A DNA stretch of 51,798 nucleotides. Origin: Acidimicrobiales bacterium (GTDB taxonomy: Bacteria > Actinomycetota > Acidimicrobiia > Acidimicrobiales > SZUA-35). The translations under genes and the position numbers were made by a program. The DNA lies in contig JBOEHD010000086.1 in NCBI GenBank assembly GCA_050633745.1, positions 8,378-60,175 on the forward strand. Reading direction: 5' to 3'. The notes under the pieces were generated by a model. The model ran no database searches and was not told the DNA's origin. It was given only the letters and a program-made list of their open reading frames with translations. Each line of letters starts with the position of its first letter. Position 1 is the stretch's first letter. Below are positions 28,439-37,764 of the stretch, piece by piece.

Positions 28439-28570
28439 CACCTTATTAGGTCTTGAGGGGAACAAAAGTGTCACGTCGGACGGAGAAATACTCCGATCTA
28501 TCGTTGGCACCCGACCCGAGACCGAGGCTGAGCCCGGCGGTAGCAGCGTGAATTGGCGCGTCGAGCCTTG

Positions 28571-29410
28571 TCAGGCTGGCGTCGGCAGGGTGTAGGTCTG
28601 GATTGTGAACTCAGGGCTGAATCCGTGACGCTGGAGGTTCCGCTCCGACGCCCCACCTACCGCAGCGGTGGTGGCAGCTAGGTCGCACCCTTCGCCTGCC
28701 GCAAGATCAAGGCGGTATCGCAGCAGGGCCGCCTGGACACCGCGACGGCGTTGCTCCGGCACGGTCGACATTCCGCCGAGCGTTGCCACCCCCGTTCGAA
28801 TCGTCGCAATTGCGCACCCAATGGGCCGACCTCCTGCTCGGTCGAACGCAAGCATCATCCACTCATCATCGTTTGCGTAGGCGGCAGCGGCGAAGGCATC
28901 TGATGTCCGGCGGGCTTCCACCGTCGTGTGTCCCCACCCGATCGCGCTCGTCTCCTGCCACAGCAGAAGATCCGCTTGCGATGTGACCATGCCGACGTGA
29001 ACATCGTCCGGTGGACCGATGTTCGAATCGTCCACCTGCGTTGCCATCGCGGTCACATCACGGTTCGTATCGTGCACGAACCCGGCGGCTCGAAGCCGAT
29101 CAACCGTCTCGGGTTGAGTCGCTGGCGTCACTTCGACGGCTGGCACCACTCCGCCAGCCCTACTCAACGACACGATGAGCTGAAGGTCGGTTGCCGAGAG
29201 TGCAACATCGCAACCGGCGGCAAAAGCCCGATTCACATACGCTCCGGCGCCGGACAACACTAACCAGCCTCCAGCGACAGGATGACTCTGGCTGCCCGAC
29301 GTCGGCTCGATAGCTGCGAGGGCAGAGGCATGGGTAACTGCATCCTCCGCCCACGTCCCGACGAGGTGCCGCACCAGCCCATGCATCTGTACATCATGCT
29401 CGACCTGCAA
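28571..29410 (-). CDS. GNAT family N-acetyltransferase
   Basis: C-terminal LGGMSTVPEQRRRGVQAALLRYRL...SERNLQRHGF. Start codon uncertain. Confidence 0.85.
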   Translation of the reverse strand: MQVEHDVQMHGLVRHLVGTWAEDAVTHASALAAIEPTSGSQSHPVAGGWLVLSGAGAYVNRAFAAGCDVALSATDLQLIVSLSRAGGVVPAVEVTPATQPETVDRLRAAGFVHDTNRDVTAMATQVDDSNIGPPDDVHVGMVTSQADLLLWQETSAIGWGHTTVEARRTSDAFAAAAYANDDEWMMLAFDRAGGRPIGCAIATIRTGVATLGGMSTVPEQRRRGVQAALLRYRLDLAAGEGCDLAATTAAVGGASERNLQRHGFSPEFTIQTYTLPTPA

Positions 29411-29565
29411 GGGCGACTAGCGTCATAGGACGAGATCAGTCGCATCTGGACGTTGTCGTGACAGCTCTGCCACAGTGGCGCGGTGTCAATGGCGCTGCTC
29501 AGACAAAACCGTGCCAGGCAACTGTGTCGAATACCTGTGTCGGACAACGCTGTGAGGTGCTGAAG

Positions 29566-31095
29566 ATGCCAGATCGTCGGGTGGCTGTTGTTGGCATGTT
29601 TTTGGAGAGTAATGCGTTTGCGCGAACGGTCGATGAGCGGGGGTTTCGTGGCCCGCTTTACCTAGAGGGTGATGAGGTCAGCGTCGACGCACGGGCTGAT
29701 CATCCACGCCAACTACTCGAGACCGTTGGCTTCTACGCTGCGATGGATCGCCGTGGTTCCTGGGAACCTGTCCCGATTCTGGTCACCATGGGCGGCGCTG
29801 GTGGAGCAGCAGACCATGGCTTCTTCGTCGAAACCGTTGAAAATGTCCGAGCCGGCTTGGCCGCTGCTGGCCCTCTCGACGCCGTGTACCTCTGCAATCA
29901 CGGGGCCATGATCACGACTGAAGAAGAGGATGGCGACGGCATATTCTTCGCCGCAGTCCGAGAGGCTGTTGGCCCCGACGTACCGCTGGTGGCGACCCTC
30001 GACCCTCACGGCAACACCTCAGACCTGATGCTCGATTCGATCGATGTCGTTGTCGCCTACCAGACCGATCCTCACGTCGATCAACGCGAACGAGGTGAAG
30101 AGGCCGCCGAGCTCCTTCACGAGCTGTGGGCTGGCCTGCAACCGCACATGGTGGCAGTCAAACTCCCGATCGTGCCTCCCAATGTCTCGCTGTTCACCGA
30201 CCACGGCCCATTCGGCGAGATGGTGGACATGGGCCAGCAAGGGCTGACACCGGAGATCTGCAACGTCTCCATTCTCGGAGGCTTTGCATTCTCAGACACT
30301 GCGAAGAATGGCTTGTCGATCATCGTGACCGGCCGCAACGGTGACACTGCAGCTCGTGAGCTAGCCAGAGATCTCGCCGACTACGGATGGGCCAACCGAC
30401 ACCGGTTCATCTGCGAAGCTACACCGCTAGCCGACGCCGTCGAACGGGCCGTTGCCACCGGTGCCGACCCGTCGCTGCCAGCAACGGTCATGTCAGACCT
30501 TGGCGACAACTGCGGTGCCGGAGGCCCGACCAACACCCTCTGGATGCTGGAGGCCCTCCACCAAGCCGGAGCTGATGGCGTACTGATCGTCAATTTCCGC
30601 GACCGGAGACTGGTCCAGGCGGCGCAAGATACCGGGATCGGCAGGAGCATGAGCGCAGAGTTCCGAGGCGACGACTGGGGTCGCGATGGTGAAACCACTT
30701 ACACCGCTGAAGCGCAGGTGCTGGCACTGCACGACGGTCACCTGGTCGGCCGCCGCGGCATCGTCGCCGGCAAGAGCCTCTTTGCCGGACCGATGGCACT
30801 GCTCGACCTCGGCGGAGTGCAAGTCATCGTTACCAGCCGCGCCGCTGTCGGCAACGACCCCATCTACAGCGAGGCACTCGGTATCGACCTCGCCGCGGTC
30901 CGCACGATTGTGGTCAAGGTCCGAAGCTCATTCCCCGTCGCCTACGACGAATTTGTGCAGTCGGAAAATATGCTCTTCGTCGACACCCCGGGACGCACGT
31001 CACCGATGCTGCACCGCATGCCCTTCACCCGTCTCCCCCGCCCCGTCTACCCGCTCGACGAAGGCTTTAGCTGGACCAATCCGCTCGCTGACTAG
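29566..31095 (+). CDS. M81 family metallopeptidase (MlrC-like, DUF1485 + MlrC_C)
   Basis: ESNAF, LCNHGAM, TLDPHGN, YQTDPHVD, D.GDN.GAG, VVKVRS, RLPRPVYPLD. Confidence 0.92.
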   Translation: MPDRRVAVVGMFLESNAFARTVDERGFRGPLYLEGDEVSVDARADHPRQLLETVGFYAAMDRRGSWEPVPILVTMGGAGGAADHGFFVETVENVRAGLAAAGPLDAVYLCNHGAMITTEEEDGDGIFFAAVREAVGPDVPLVATLDPHGNTSDLMLDSIDVVVAYQTDPHVDQRERGEEAAELLHELWAGLQPHMVAVKLPIVPPNVSLFTDHGPFGEMVDMGQQGLTPEICNVSILGGFAFSDTAKNGLSIIVTGRNGDTAARELARDLADYGWANRHRFICEATPLADAVERAVATGADPSLPATVMSDLGDNCGAGGPTNTLWMLEALHQAGADGVLIVNFRDRRLVQAAQDTGIGRSMSAEFRGDDWGRDGETTYTAEAQVLALHDGHLVGRRGIVAGKSLFAGPMALLDLGGVQVIVTSRAAVGNDPIYSEALGIDLAAVRTIVVKVRSSFPVAYDEFVQSENMLFVDTPGRTSPMLHRMPFTRLPRPVYPLDEGFSWTNPLAD

Positions 31096-31097
31096 CA

Positions 31098-31147
31098 GCG
31101 CTAGAAGCCCAGGCCGGAGGAACTCCGACCGGGGCTTCCGCTAGCGC
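31098..31147. terminator. GC-rich stem-loop between convergent genes, probable bidirectional terminator
   Basis: gcgctag-aagccc..cggag-gaa-ctccg..gggctt..ctagcgc. No U-tract. Confidence 0.6.
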
Positions 31148-31148
31148 A

Positions 31149-33413
31149 TCAATCGCTCTTGGCCGAGTACTCGGTGCTATCGAATACCCAATCGATGACC
31201 GCTGTTCGGTCAGCTTCGGAGCCCCCGATGAGTTGCTGCCAATAGTCAGCTCCCCCGGAGTCAGCATCTCGACACAGCATGTTTTCGTACACTGCGGTCA
31301 CGAATGCCGAATCGTCCAGGAGGCTATACCGAGTTTGAAACTCAGGGCTGTCCTGCATCCAGGCACGGATCTGTTCGAGCGTGTAGCCCTCTGCCGCTAA
31401 GGCGGCCCAGTAGTCCAAGCCGCCCGTCTCCGGTGAGCGCCGGAAAAGCGCAAGATAGGTCCTGGCGATGGCTCGACGGGTTGGGTCAGTTCCAACCGCC
31501 GACGCGTAATGGAAGGTGCAATGCCGGGGCCGAGTCAAGTCGCCACGGACGACGGAGAAGTCGGATACGCCGTCGCCATCACCGTCTAGGAACGATCCGG
31601 CGCTGGCCGGGTCGGTACCGTCGGCGATCTCGACCTGGTTCGGAACGCCATCACCGTCGGTGTCGGCGTACGACCCCGTCTCGAGCGGATCGGAGTTCTC
31701 GCTCAGCTCAGTCGCATCGGATACACCATCGCCATCGGAGTCCGCATCTGCGGGGTCGGTGCCTCGACGGCCTTCGTCGTAATCACTGAGTCCATCGTTG
31801 TCAGTGTCGACCGCATCGCCGCCGTCGTTGGGGTCAGTGCCCTGGCCCGTTTCGACCTGATCCGGTACGCCATCACCATCGGTGTCGAGGAAGTCATCGG
31901 CATCGGTCGGATCGCTGCCCTCGTTGGTCTCAACGTAGTCCGCTACCCCGTCGCTGTCGGTGTCCTGGAAATCATCACCATCGGCTGGATCGGTCCCGCT
32001 GCGTCCTTCCTGGTAATCAGGCACACCATCGTTGTCGGTGTCGAGCACATCGCTGGCGTTGTTCGGATCGGTGCCATCATTGGTCTCGACCTGATCCGGT
32101 ACGCCATCACCATCGGTGTCGAGGAAGTCATCGGCATCGTTCGGATCGGTGCCGTCGCTGGCCTCGATGTGATCCGGCACACCATCGCCATCGGCGTCTG
32201 GCACGTCGTTGCTGTCATTCGGGTCAGATCCAGCAGCGACCTCGACGCTGTCACTCACTCCGTCGCCGTCGCTGTCGCTGGTAAGAGGGCTGGTCCCGAT
32301 CCGGCCTTCCTGGTAGTCGGAGAGACCATCAGCGTCAGTGTCGAGCGCATCGTTCGGGTCGTTCGGATCGGTGCCATCGGCAACTTCCACGGAATCGGGA
32401 ACGCCATCGCCATCGGTGTCGAGGTAGTCATCGGCATCGTTCGGATCAGTACTTTGGGCAATCTCATCGTCGTCCGAAACTCCGTCACCATCGGCGTCAG
32501 CTCCGACCAGGAGCCTAACGAGGCTGGCAACAGTGCCGATGTCATCCACCTCGTACTCCACGAGGTAGCCGAGGACGTTGCTAGAGACTGGAAAGTCGTT
32601 CCAGGTACCAGTGCCAGAAAACATGTGGGCGTAGTCCTCGCCGGAGCCCCATTCGTTCGGCTCGGCGCTCGCCCAGTTGTTGAACCGACCACCCACTGGG
32701 GTTCCGGAGGTGACACCCTGCCAGAACTGCTGACCAGCTTCTGGACCGTCCATCCAGCGCCACTCGTTTTCTACTGCTTCGTCCGAGGCGCCAATCCAGG
32801 TGTTGCCCGTCAGCTCCGCCAGGGCCACATCGTTCTCGGTCTGTGACGAAAGATTGGCGAGATACCCGGAATAGGGCCCAAAAGAACTGGCGAGAGCTGC
32901 GGCACGGGCATCGGTCCACGTGATGTTGGATCCAACATCCACGTACTGGTAGAGGTTTCCAGTGTCCGGAAGATAGATGGCTGTTCCGGCCACCACGATG
33001 AAGGTTCGGCTGCCCTGAATGGTCGAACTCTGTGAGTAGGTCACGTCACGCAGCGCCGCCTGGTATGCAGCGACTGTCGCCGTTCCTCGAAGTCGCAACA
33101 GGCCGGTCGAAGCGGTGTAGGTGACGGTGATTCCAGCGTGTGAGCCGCTGGTGCTCATCTGGTCGATGGAAGCGTTGAAGCCGTTGGTGACCCGGATCGT
33201 GATCCCATCCATCGTCGCTGCCCCAGAGATCAGCGCATCAGCAAAGGGGAACATCGTTGAACCAGGGGCCCCGGTCACGGTGCCATCGGTGCTGATCGTG
33301 GCCGAATCCGCCGACGCTGCAGTCGGCAGCAGGGCTTGCACGCCGAAAGACACCAGAAGAAATGCCACTAGAACAGGCACCGACCGGCGCCAACGCTTAG
33401 GGATAGAATTCAT
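31149..33413 (-). CDS. Secreted/surface protein: signal peptide, beta-rich domain, C-type lectin domain, about 13 Ca-binding DxDxDG repeats, C-terminal DUF4214-like domain
   Basis: Signal peptide ending PTAASA; WIGASD...WRW..GPE...WASAEPN...EDY...WND; DTDGDGVPD..E...GTDPND repeats; YLALFRR.P..GGLDYW...SPEF...FV.AVY.N.L.R.AD.GG.DYW...STEY. Alternative start 33431. Confidence 0.88.
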   Translation of the reverse strand: MNSIPKRWRRSVPVLVAFLLVSFGVQALLPTAASADSATISTDGTVTGAPGSTMFPFADALISGAATMDGITIRVTNGFNASIDQMSTSGSHAGITVTYTASTGLLRLRGTATVAAYQAALRDVTYSQSSTIQGSRTFIVVAGTAIYLPDTGNLYQYVDVGSNITWTDARAAALASSFGPYSGYLANLSSQTENDVALAELTGNTWIGASDEAVENEWRWMDGPEAGQQFWQGVTSGTPVGGRFNNWASAEPNEWGSGEDYAHMFSGTGTWNDFPVSSNVLGYLVEYEVDDIGTVASLVRLLVGADADGDGVSDDDEIAQSTDPNDADDYLDTDGDGVPDSVEVADGTDPNDPNDALDTDADGLSDYQEGRIGTSPLTSDSDGDGVSDSVEVAAGSDPNDSNDVPDADGDGVPDHIEASDGTDPNDADDFLDTDGDGVPDQVETNDGTDPNNASDVLDTDNDGVPDYQEGRSGTDPADGDDFQDTDSDGVADYVETNEGSDPTDADDFLDTDGDGVPDQVETGQGTDPNDGGDAVDTDNDGLSDYDEGRRGTDPADADSDGDGVSDATELSENSDPLETGSYADTDGDGVPNQVEIADGTDPASAGSFLDGDGDGVSDFSVVRGDLTRPRHCTFHYASAVGTDPTRRAIARTYLALFRRSPETGGLDYWAALAAEGYTLEQIRAWMQDSPEFQTRYSLLDDSAFVTAVYENMLCRDADSGGADYWQQLIGGSEADRTAVIDWVFDSTEYSAKSD
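31557..32498 (-). repeat. Intragenic array of about 13 TSP3-like repeats (mostly 78 bp / 26 aa, two of 22 aa)
   Basis: Consensus DTDGDGVPDxxExxxGTDPNDxxDxL. A 54-bp segment is identical at 31852-31905 and 32086-32139. Confidence 0.9.
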
Positions 33414-33476
33414 GGAGATTAGGGTCGGCAACGGAAGATACTAATGAAGTCATTCGATCATGTGGATTCCAGTTCG

Positions 33477-34682
33477 ATGAGTACGATCAGCCGCCGAAGC
33501 ATCATCCGAGCAGGAGCCGCAGCCGGGCTGGCAGCGCTGCTCGCTGGCTGTGCTGACCTTTTCGACGGTGACGAAGCGGACGTCAAACCCGGCGACCAGC
33601 AGAACGCGTCGGGTGATAGCCCGAAGACGGTGATCGTCGTCGGAGCCGGGCCGGCGGGCATGTCGGCGGCGGCGCTTCTTACCCGCGCAGGCCTCGATGT
33701 CCGAGTGCTAGAAGCCGGGGCTACATACGGAGGGCGCATCCGTCACCAACTCGACTTCGCCGACTTCCCAATCTCGCTTGGAGCAGAATGGCTCCACGAA
33801 GACCCAGACGAACTGGAGGCCATCGCCGACGACCCCAACATCGAGGTTCCACTTGCCGCCTATCAAGCGGCCGACGAGGTGGCCTACTTCGACGGCAGGC
33901 TATGGATCGAAGCCATGGGAGACAATGTCGACAGCGACCTGAAGTTCGCGGAGTCGAGTTGGCTCGACTTCTTCGAGACCCACCTGCTGCCCGATATCAA
34001 AGACCGTATGGAGTTCGGCATCGAAGTGGTGCGGGTTGACGACACGGGCCAATCGGTTGTGCTCACCGATACCGAGGGAATCGAATACACAGCGGATCGG
34101 GCAGTCGTCACCGTGCCCCTCAAACTGCTGCAGGAGGGCCGAGTCGAGTTCATCCCTCCCCTACCCGACACCCACCAAGAAGCGATCGCCAACGCAGAGA
34201 TCTGGGGCGGCATAAAGGTGTTCATCGAATTCGACAATCGTTTCTACCCTACGTTTATCGCGTTCCCTGACAGCGATACCGATGCCGGCCAGCGCCTCTA
34301 TTACGACGCCGCATACGGTCAGGACTCCAACACCAACATCCTCGGTCTCTTCGCGGTGGGCCTGCCAGCGGAGCGCTACCAGGCGGCAGACGAGGGCGAC
34401 GAACTGCGGGACATAATCCTTGCTGAACTCGACGAGATCTTCGACGGCGCAGCGTCGGCAAACTACGTCAAACACCTGGCCCAGAACTGGGACGATGAGC
34501 CATTCGCCAGAGCCGCCTACCTGGCAGACGAGGCCGATGGGCGAATCCCTAGTCAACTACAAGAACGCTTCAGCGACCGGGTGTTCCTAGCAGGCGATGC
34601 CTACACCAGCCACGACGACTGGAGCGCGGTCGACGACGCCGCCCGATCAGCCCGCGACGCCGTCCGTGACATCTTGCGCTGA
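33477..34682 (+). CDS. Flavin monoamine oxidase family protein with Tat lipoprotein signal
   Basis: SRRSII...LLAGC; VIVVGAGPAGM, EA....GGRI, LGAEWLH, VTVPL, KVFIEF..RF, LAGDA. Confidence 0.88.
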   Translation: MSTISRRSIIRAGAAAGLAALLAGCADLFDGDEADVKPGDQQNASGDSPKTVIVVGAGPAGMSAAALLTRAGLDVRVLEAGATYGGRIRHQLDFADFPISLGAEWLHEDPDELEAIADDPNIEVPLAAYQAADEVAYFDGRLWIEAMGDNVDSDLKFAESSWLDFFETHLLPDIKDRMEFGIEVVRVDDTGQSVVLTDTEGIEYTADRAVVTVPLKLLQEGRVEFIPPLPDTHQEAIANAEIWGGIKVFIEFDNRFYPTFIAFPDSDTDAGQRLYYDAAYGQDSNTNILGLFAVGLPAERYQAADEGDELRDIILAELDEIFDGAASANYVKHLAQNWDDEPFARAAYLADEADGRIPSQLQERFSDRVFLAGDAYTSHDDWSAVDDAARSARDAVRDILR

Positions 34683-34751
34683 GGTCGGTGAGAGCCAAGA
34701 AAGGCCCTTCGCCCCTGTTCGGCTTGGACGGACCCGAGTGAGGATACTGCT

Positions 34752-35216
34752 ATGGCTATCCAGCGCAGTATCGAACCCGGGGCCCTCAGCCCTGACACAC
34801 CCGTCCGTGAATTGATGACTCGGGCCGTGGCCAGGATCTCGCCAGAGGCCCGGATCGATGAGCTGGCCCGAAAGCTGTCGGCGGTCGAAGTCGGAGCGGT
34901 GGGTGTTGGTACCACCCAGTCCCTCGTTGGCATCGTTTCTGAACGCGACCTCACCCGGGCCTATGGGAAGACCGAGGGAACCGAGAACCTGCGAGTCAGT
35001 GACATCACCTCGAAGAACATCATCTGGTGTGAGCTTGACACCTCCGCAACCGCCGCCGCTCGAGTCATGGTCGAGCGAGGAGTCAGACATCTCCTTGTAG
35101 GCGATGACAGCATCGGCGATCTGCAGGGCATCATCTCGGCCCGCGATCTGATGGGAGCGCTGATCGGTCCGCTGGTGACGCCCGAGAGCGCCACCAGCGA
35201 AGCCAGCGGGGATTAG
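34752..35216 (+). CDS. CBS domain-pair protein
   Basis: VRELMT, LVGIVSERDL, M.ERGVRHLLV, GIISARDL. Confidence 0.9.
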   Translation: MAIQRSIEPGALSPDTPVRELMTRAVARISPEARIDELARKLSAVEVGAVGVGTTQSLVGIVSERDLTRAYGKTEGTENLRVSDITSKNIIWCELDTSATAAARVMVERGVRHLLVGDDSIGDLQGIISARDLMGALIGPLVTPESATSEASGD

Positions 35217-37723
35217 TTCGGCGCCTGAATCCCATGATCGGGATACAGAGCGTCCATGTCGATGGTGATCTCACTGGCCGGTCCGTTTGACTGGAAACCG
35301 CCACCGGTCACGGTCGCCCCTGCGGTGCTTCCTTCGACCGCGCCGTGATCGTTGTGGAACGTCGACAGAAGCTGTGGCACTCGGCCGTCGCAGACCGGGG
35401 TCGGGTCACCTGCTGACCATGGGTCATCTGTGGTCACCGACGCTCCGGTGTCGGGATTTGTGGGCCATACCGACCCATTGCCGAAGTGATCCGAGCAGAA
35501 GAATGCCAGCGAGCCGAAGTTCGCTTCCCTGCCGTAGACCACAGGTCCCTTGGTATGAACGCCTCGGCGGGTCCCTAGGAACGCGTTGTCGACGCTCCCC
35601 TTTCGTTCGGCCATCAGCGTCGCGTTGTCGCCACCGGCAGCGTCGATGTCGCTGGCCCACTGGGCAAGCACCGAAGACTCGATCGAGTCGCAGTAGGTCT
35701 GGACCCGGAACTTGCCGGTCAGGTTCCAACCGGACTTAACAAAGTTGCCGGGAGCTGACGGTCGCATGAGCTCATTGCGCAGCTCGCTGCCTTCGACGCA
35801 GAAGTCGACCATCGAAATCATGGCATTCTCGCCGACGTGATCGCCGTCCTGTTCGAGGAAGTCCCACCACTCATAGAGGGCGAACCGGTTGGGGTTCATC
35901 ACCACGTAGTAGGGATCATAGGCCAGCGTTCCCGCTCCATCGGGGGCGCTGAGGTAGGCCGACGGCTTCCAAAGTTCCTCGATTTTGGCATCGCTCATCA
36001 AGCAGCTGAAGCCGCGCCCTGCGTCACCAAAGTCACTGTCATCCGAAGGATCTGGATCGGCACCCGGCCCCGGCAGGTTGGTAGTGAACCAGCCCTCGCA
36101 TGACGACACGGTCCCCGACCCGCCGCTGAGCGCGAAGTTCGGTGTATCGACCCCGGCATCAGTGGGCGATTGGAATCCGAAGTCGGTCATCTCCTTGATG
36201 CGCACATCGGTGCCGTCGTCACACGAGTAGTTCAGGAAGTACTCGTGCATGTTGAAACCGAGAGCGTCGGGACCGTGGGTGCCCTGGTGGAGCTTGGAGT
36301 ACCAATCGCAGGTTACGGGTTGGCCGTTCGGCTCGAAGAGGCTCAACGTAATGCCCTCCCCGTAAGGGTTATTGGTTGTCAGCTGCAGATCGTTTTCGAC
36401 CACAACCTTGTGGCCGACGTGATCCTCTACCCGGCCAGATGTGCCGCCGGTGCCGGGATGGACAAAACCGAAGGGAACACCGATGTTGGTCGGATGATCT
36501 TCGTCGTATAGATCGGAGTTCCGAGCGTCGACCCCATGCTCGTGGGTAAACCGGCATTCGTCCGGTCCGCCTGGATCGTGGATCGGCGGATGCCAGCTCG
36601 GGTAGTACCGCAACGCACCATCGGCTGAACGCACCGCGGTCCAGTAGCTGTTGTGCACGTCGATGCTGCACATGCCGGGACGGTTGCCAAAGCTGCTGTA
36701 GTACTCGCTGACGGTGTTCCAGCGCATGCCGGTGTCTGCGCCCTGCGGAAGCGGAGCGTCACCGAACGAGTCGATCACGTTCAGCGAATCGCAGTAGGCG
36801 TCCGCCGGATCGTTAGCCGATCCGCAACCGAGGATCGGGCCGGAACACTCTGTCGCCGTCACCGATGCGCTGGCAGTGATCGATCCGGTTGCCGAGGTGG
36901 CGGTAAGAGTGACGGTGTAGGTGCCCGCTGGCACGGTGGTTGGTCCGTAGCTGCCGACCAGTGCGGTTTGGGAGTCGACCTGGGTGTTGCCGCTGTCGAC
37001 CACGACGATCTGGTGGTTCGCTCCTGGTTGCTGTGTCCAGTTGGCTGCGATCGATTCGCAACCTGGGGTCGAGACCGCCAGGTCGAGACTGACTTCGGTG
37101 TCGGCCTCACCACAGAAGTCGACTTCGAGCAGCTTCACCTGCTGTGTCGACGTCGTCATCTTCACCGCTGCGACGGCCATCGAGGTCATCGCCGCTACAT
37201 GCGAAACGTACGGGTCGTCGAGCGGCACAGTGTTCGTCCCGCTGACCGACTGGCCGAGACCGTCGAGGCCGACCAGTTGCAGGTCGCCGCTGCTCCAGTC
37301 GTTGGTGAACTGGACTGCCTCGATAACGGTGCCCGGCTCAAACTGGTAGACGACGTACGGATCGGGACCGGGCACTGCGTTGTACCAGTGGAACCAGTAG
37401 TCGTCGAACGAGTTGTCCCACAGCAGGTCAACGTCTCCATAGGCCCACAGATACTTCGGGTTACGTACCGGACTGGAATCCGATGCCCAGGACACCGATA
37501 TCGGTTCGACAACCGACATGCCGAGGTCGGCACATGTCCCCTGCGTCACCGTGGTGGTATCCAGGTTCGGCGGTGGTTCCTGCGCACCCACCACAGCTGT
37601 CGTGGTTGCCATAAGCCCGACGGCCAACAGAAGCACGGAGAGGTTCTTCCAAAGCGAGCGCCGCTTCCACGGTTCTTTCCATTTGTGGTGATTCTGATCT
37701 GGTGAGGTCATACCCCCACACAC
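35213..37723 (-). CDS. Large secreted hypothetical protein with beta-sandwich/FN3-like modules and a His/Cys-rich C-terminal domain
   Basis: Signal-like LSVLLLAVGLMATTTAVVGA-QE; Thr-rich GTYTVTLTA module; YPSWHPP..C.FTHEHG, EDHVGHK, HQGTHGPD..MHE motifs. Exact start uncertain (37723 or 37711). Confidence 0.78.
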   Translation of the reverse strand: MCGGMTSPDQNHHKWKEPWKRRSLWKNLSVLLLAVGLMATTTAVVGAQEPPPNLDTTTVTQGTCADLGMSVVEPISVSWASDSSPVRNPKYLWAYGDVDLLWDNSFDDYWFHWYNAVPGPDPYVVYQFEPGTVIEAVQFTNDWSSGDLQLVGLDGLGQSVSGTNTVPLDDPYVSHVAAMTSMAVAAVKMTTSTQQVKLLEVDFCGEADTEVSLDLAVSTPGCESIAANWTQQPGANHQIVVVDSGNTQVDSQTALVGSYGPTTVPAGTYTVTLTATSATGSITASASVTATECSGPILGCGSANDPADAYCDSLNVIDSFGDAPLPQGADTGMRWNTVSEYYSSFGNRPGMCSIDVHNSYWTAVRSADGALRYYPSWHPPIHDPGGPDECRFTHEHGVDARNSDLYDEDHPTNIGVPFGFVHPGTGGTSGRVEDHVGHKVVVENDLQLTTNNPYGEGITLSLFEPNGQPVTCDWYSKLHQGTHGPDALGFNMHEYFLNYSCDDGTDVRIKEMTDFGFQSPTDAGVDTPNFALSGGSGTVSSCEGWFTTNLPGPGADPDPSDDSDFGDAGRGFSCLMSDAKIEELWKPSAYLSAPDGAGTLAYDPYYVVMNPNRFALYEWWDFLEQDGDHVGENAMISMVDFCVEGSELRNELMRPSAPGNFVKSGWNLTGKFRVQTYCDSIESSVLAQWASDIDAAGGDNATLMAERKGSVDNAFLGTRRGVHTKGPVVYGREANFGSLAFFCSDHFGNGSVWPTNPDTGASVTTDDPWSAGDPTPVCDGRVPQLLSTFHNDHGAVEGSTAGATVTGGGFQSNGPASEITIDMDALYPDHGIQAPN

Positions 37724-37764
37724 CGCCGATGGACCGGATTTGTCTAGCCAAGCGACTGGAAACC

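Noticed and set aside
31557-32498. Regularly spaced repeats suggestive of a CRISPR array
   Set aside because: Repeats are in-frame, vary at synonymous positions and encode DxDxDG motifs. No unique spacers and no cas genes.
36653-37705. 350-aa plus-strand ORF (also 38479-39258, 21318-22229, 24752-25546 and similar)
   Set aside because: Antisense or alternate-frame shadows of better supported genes.
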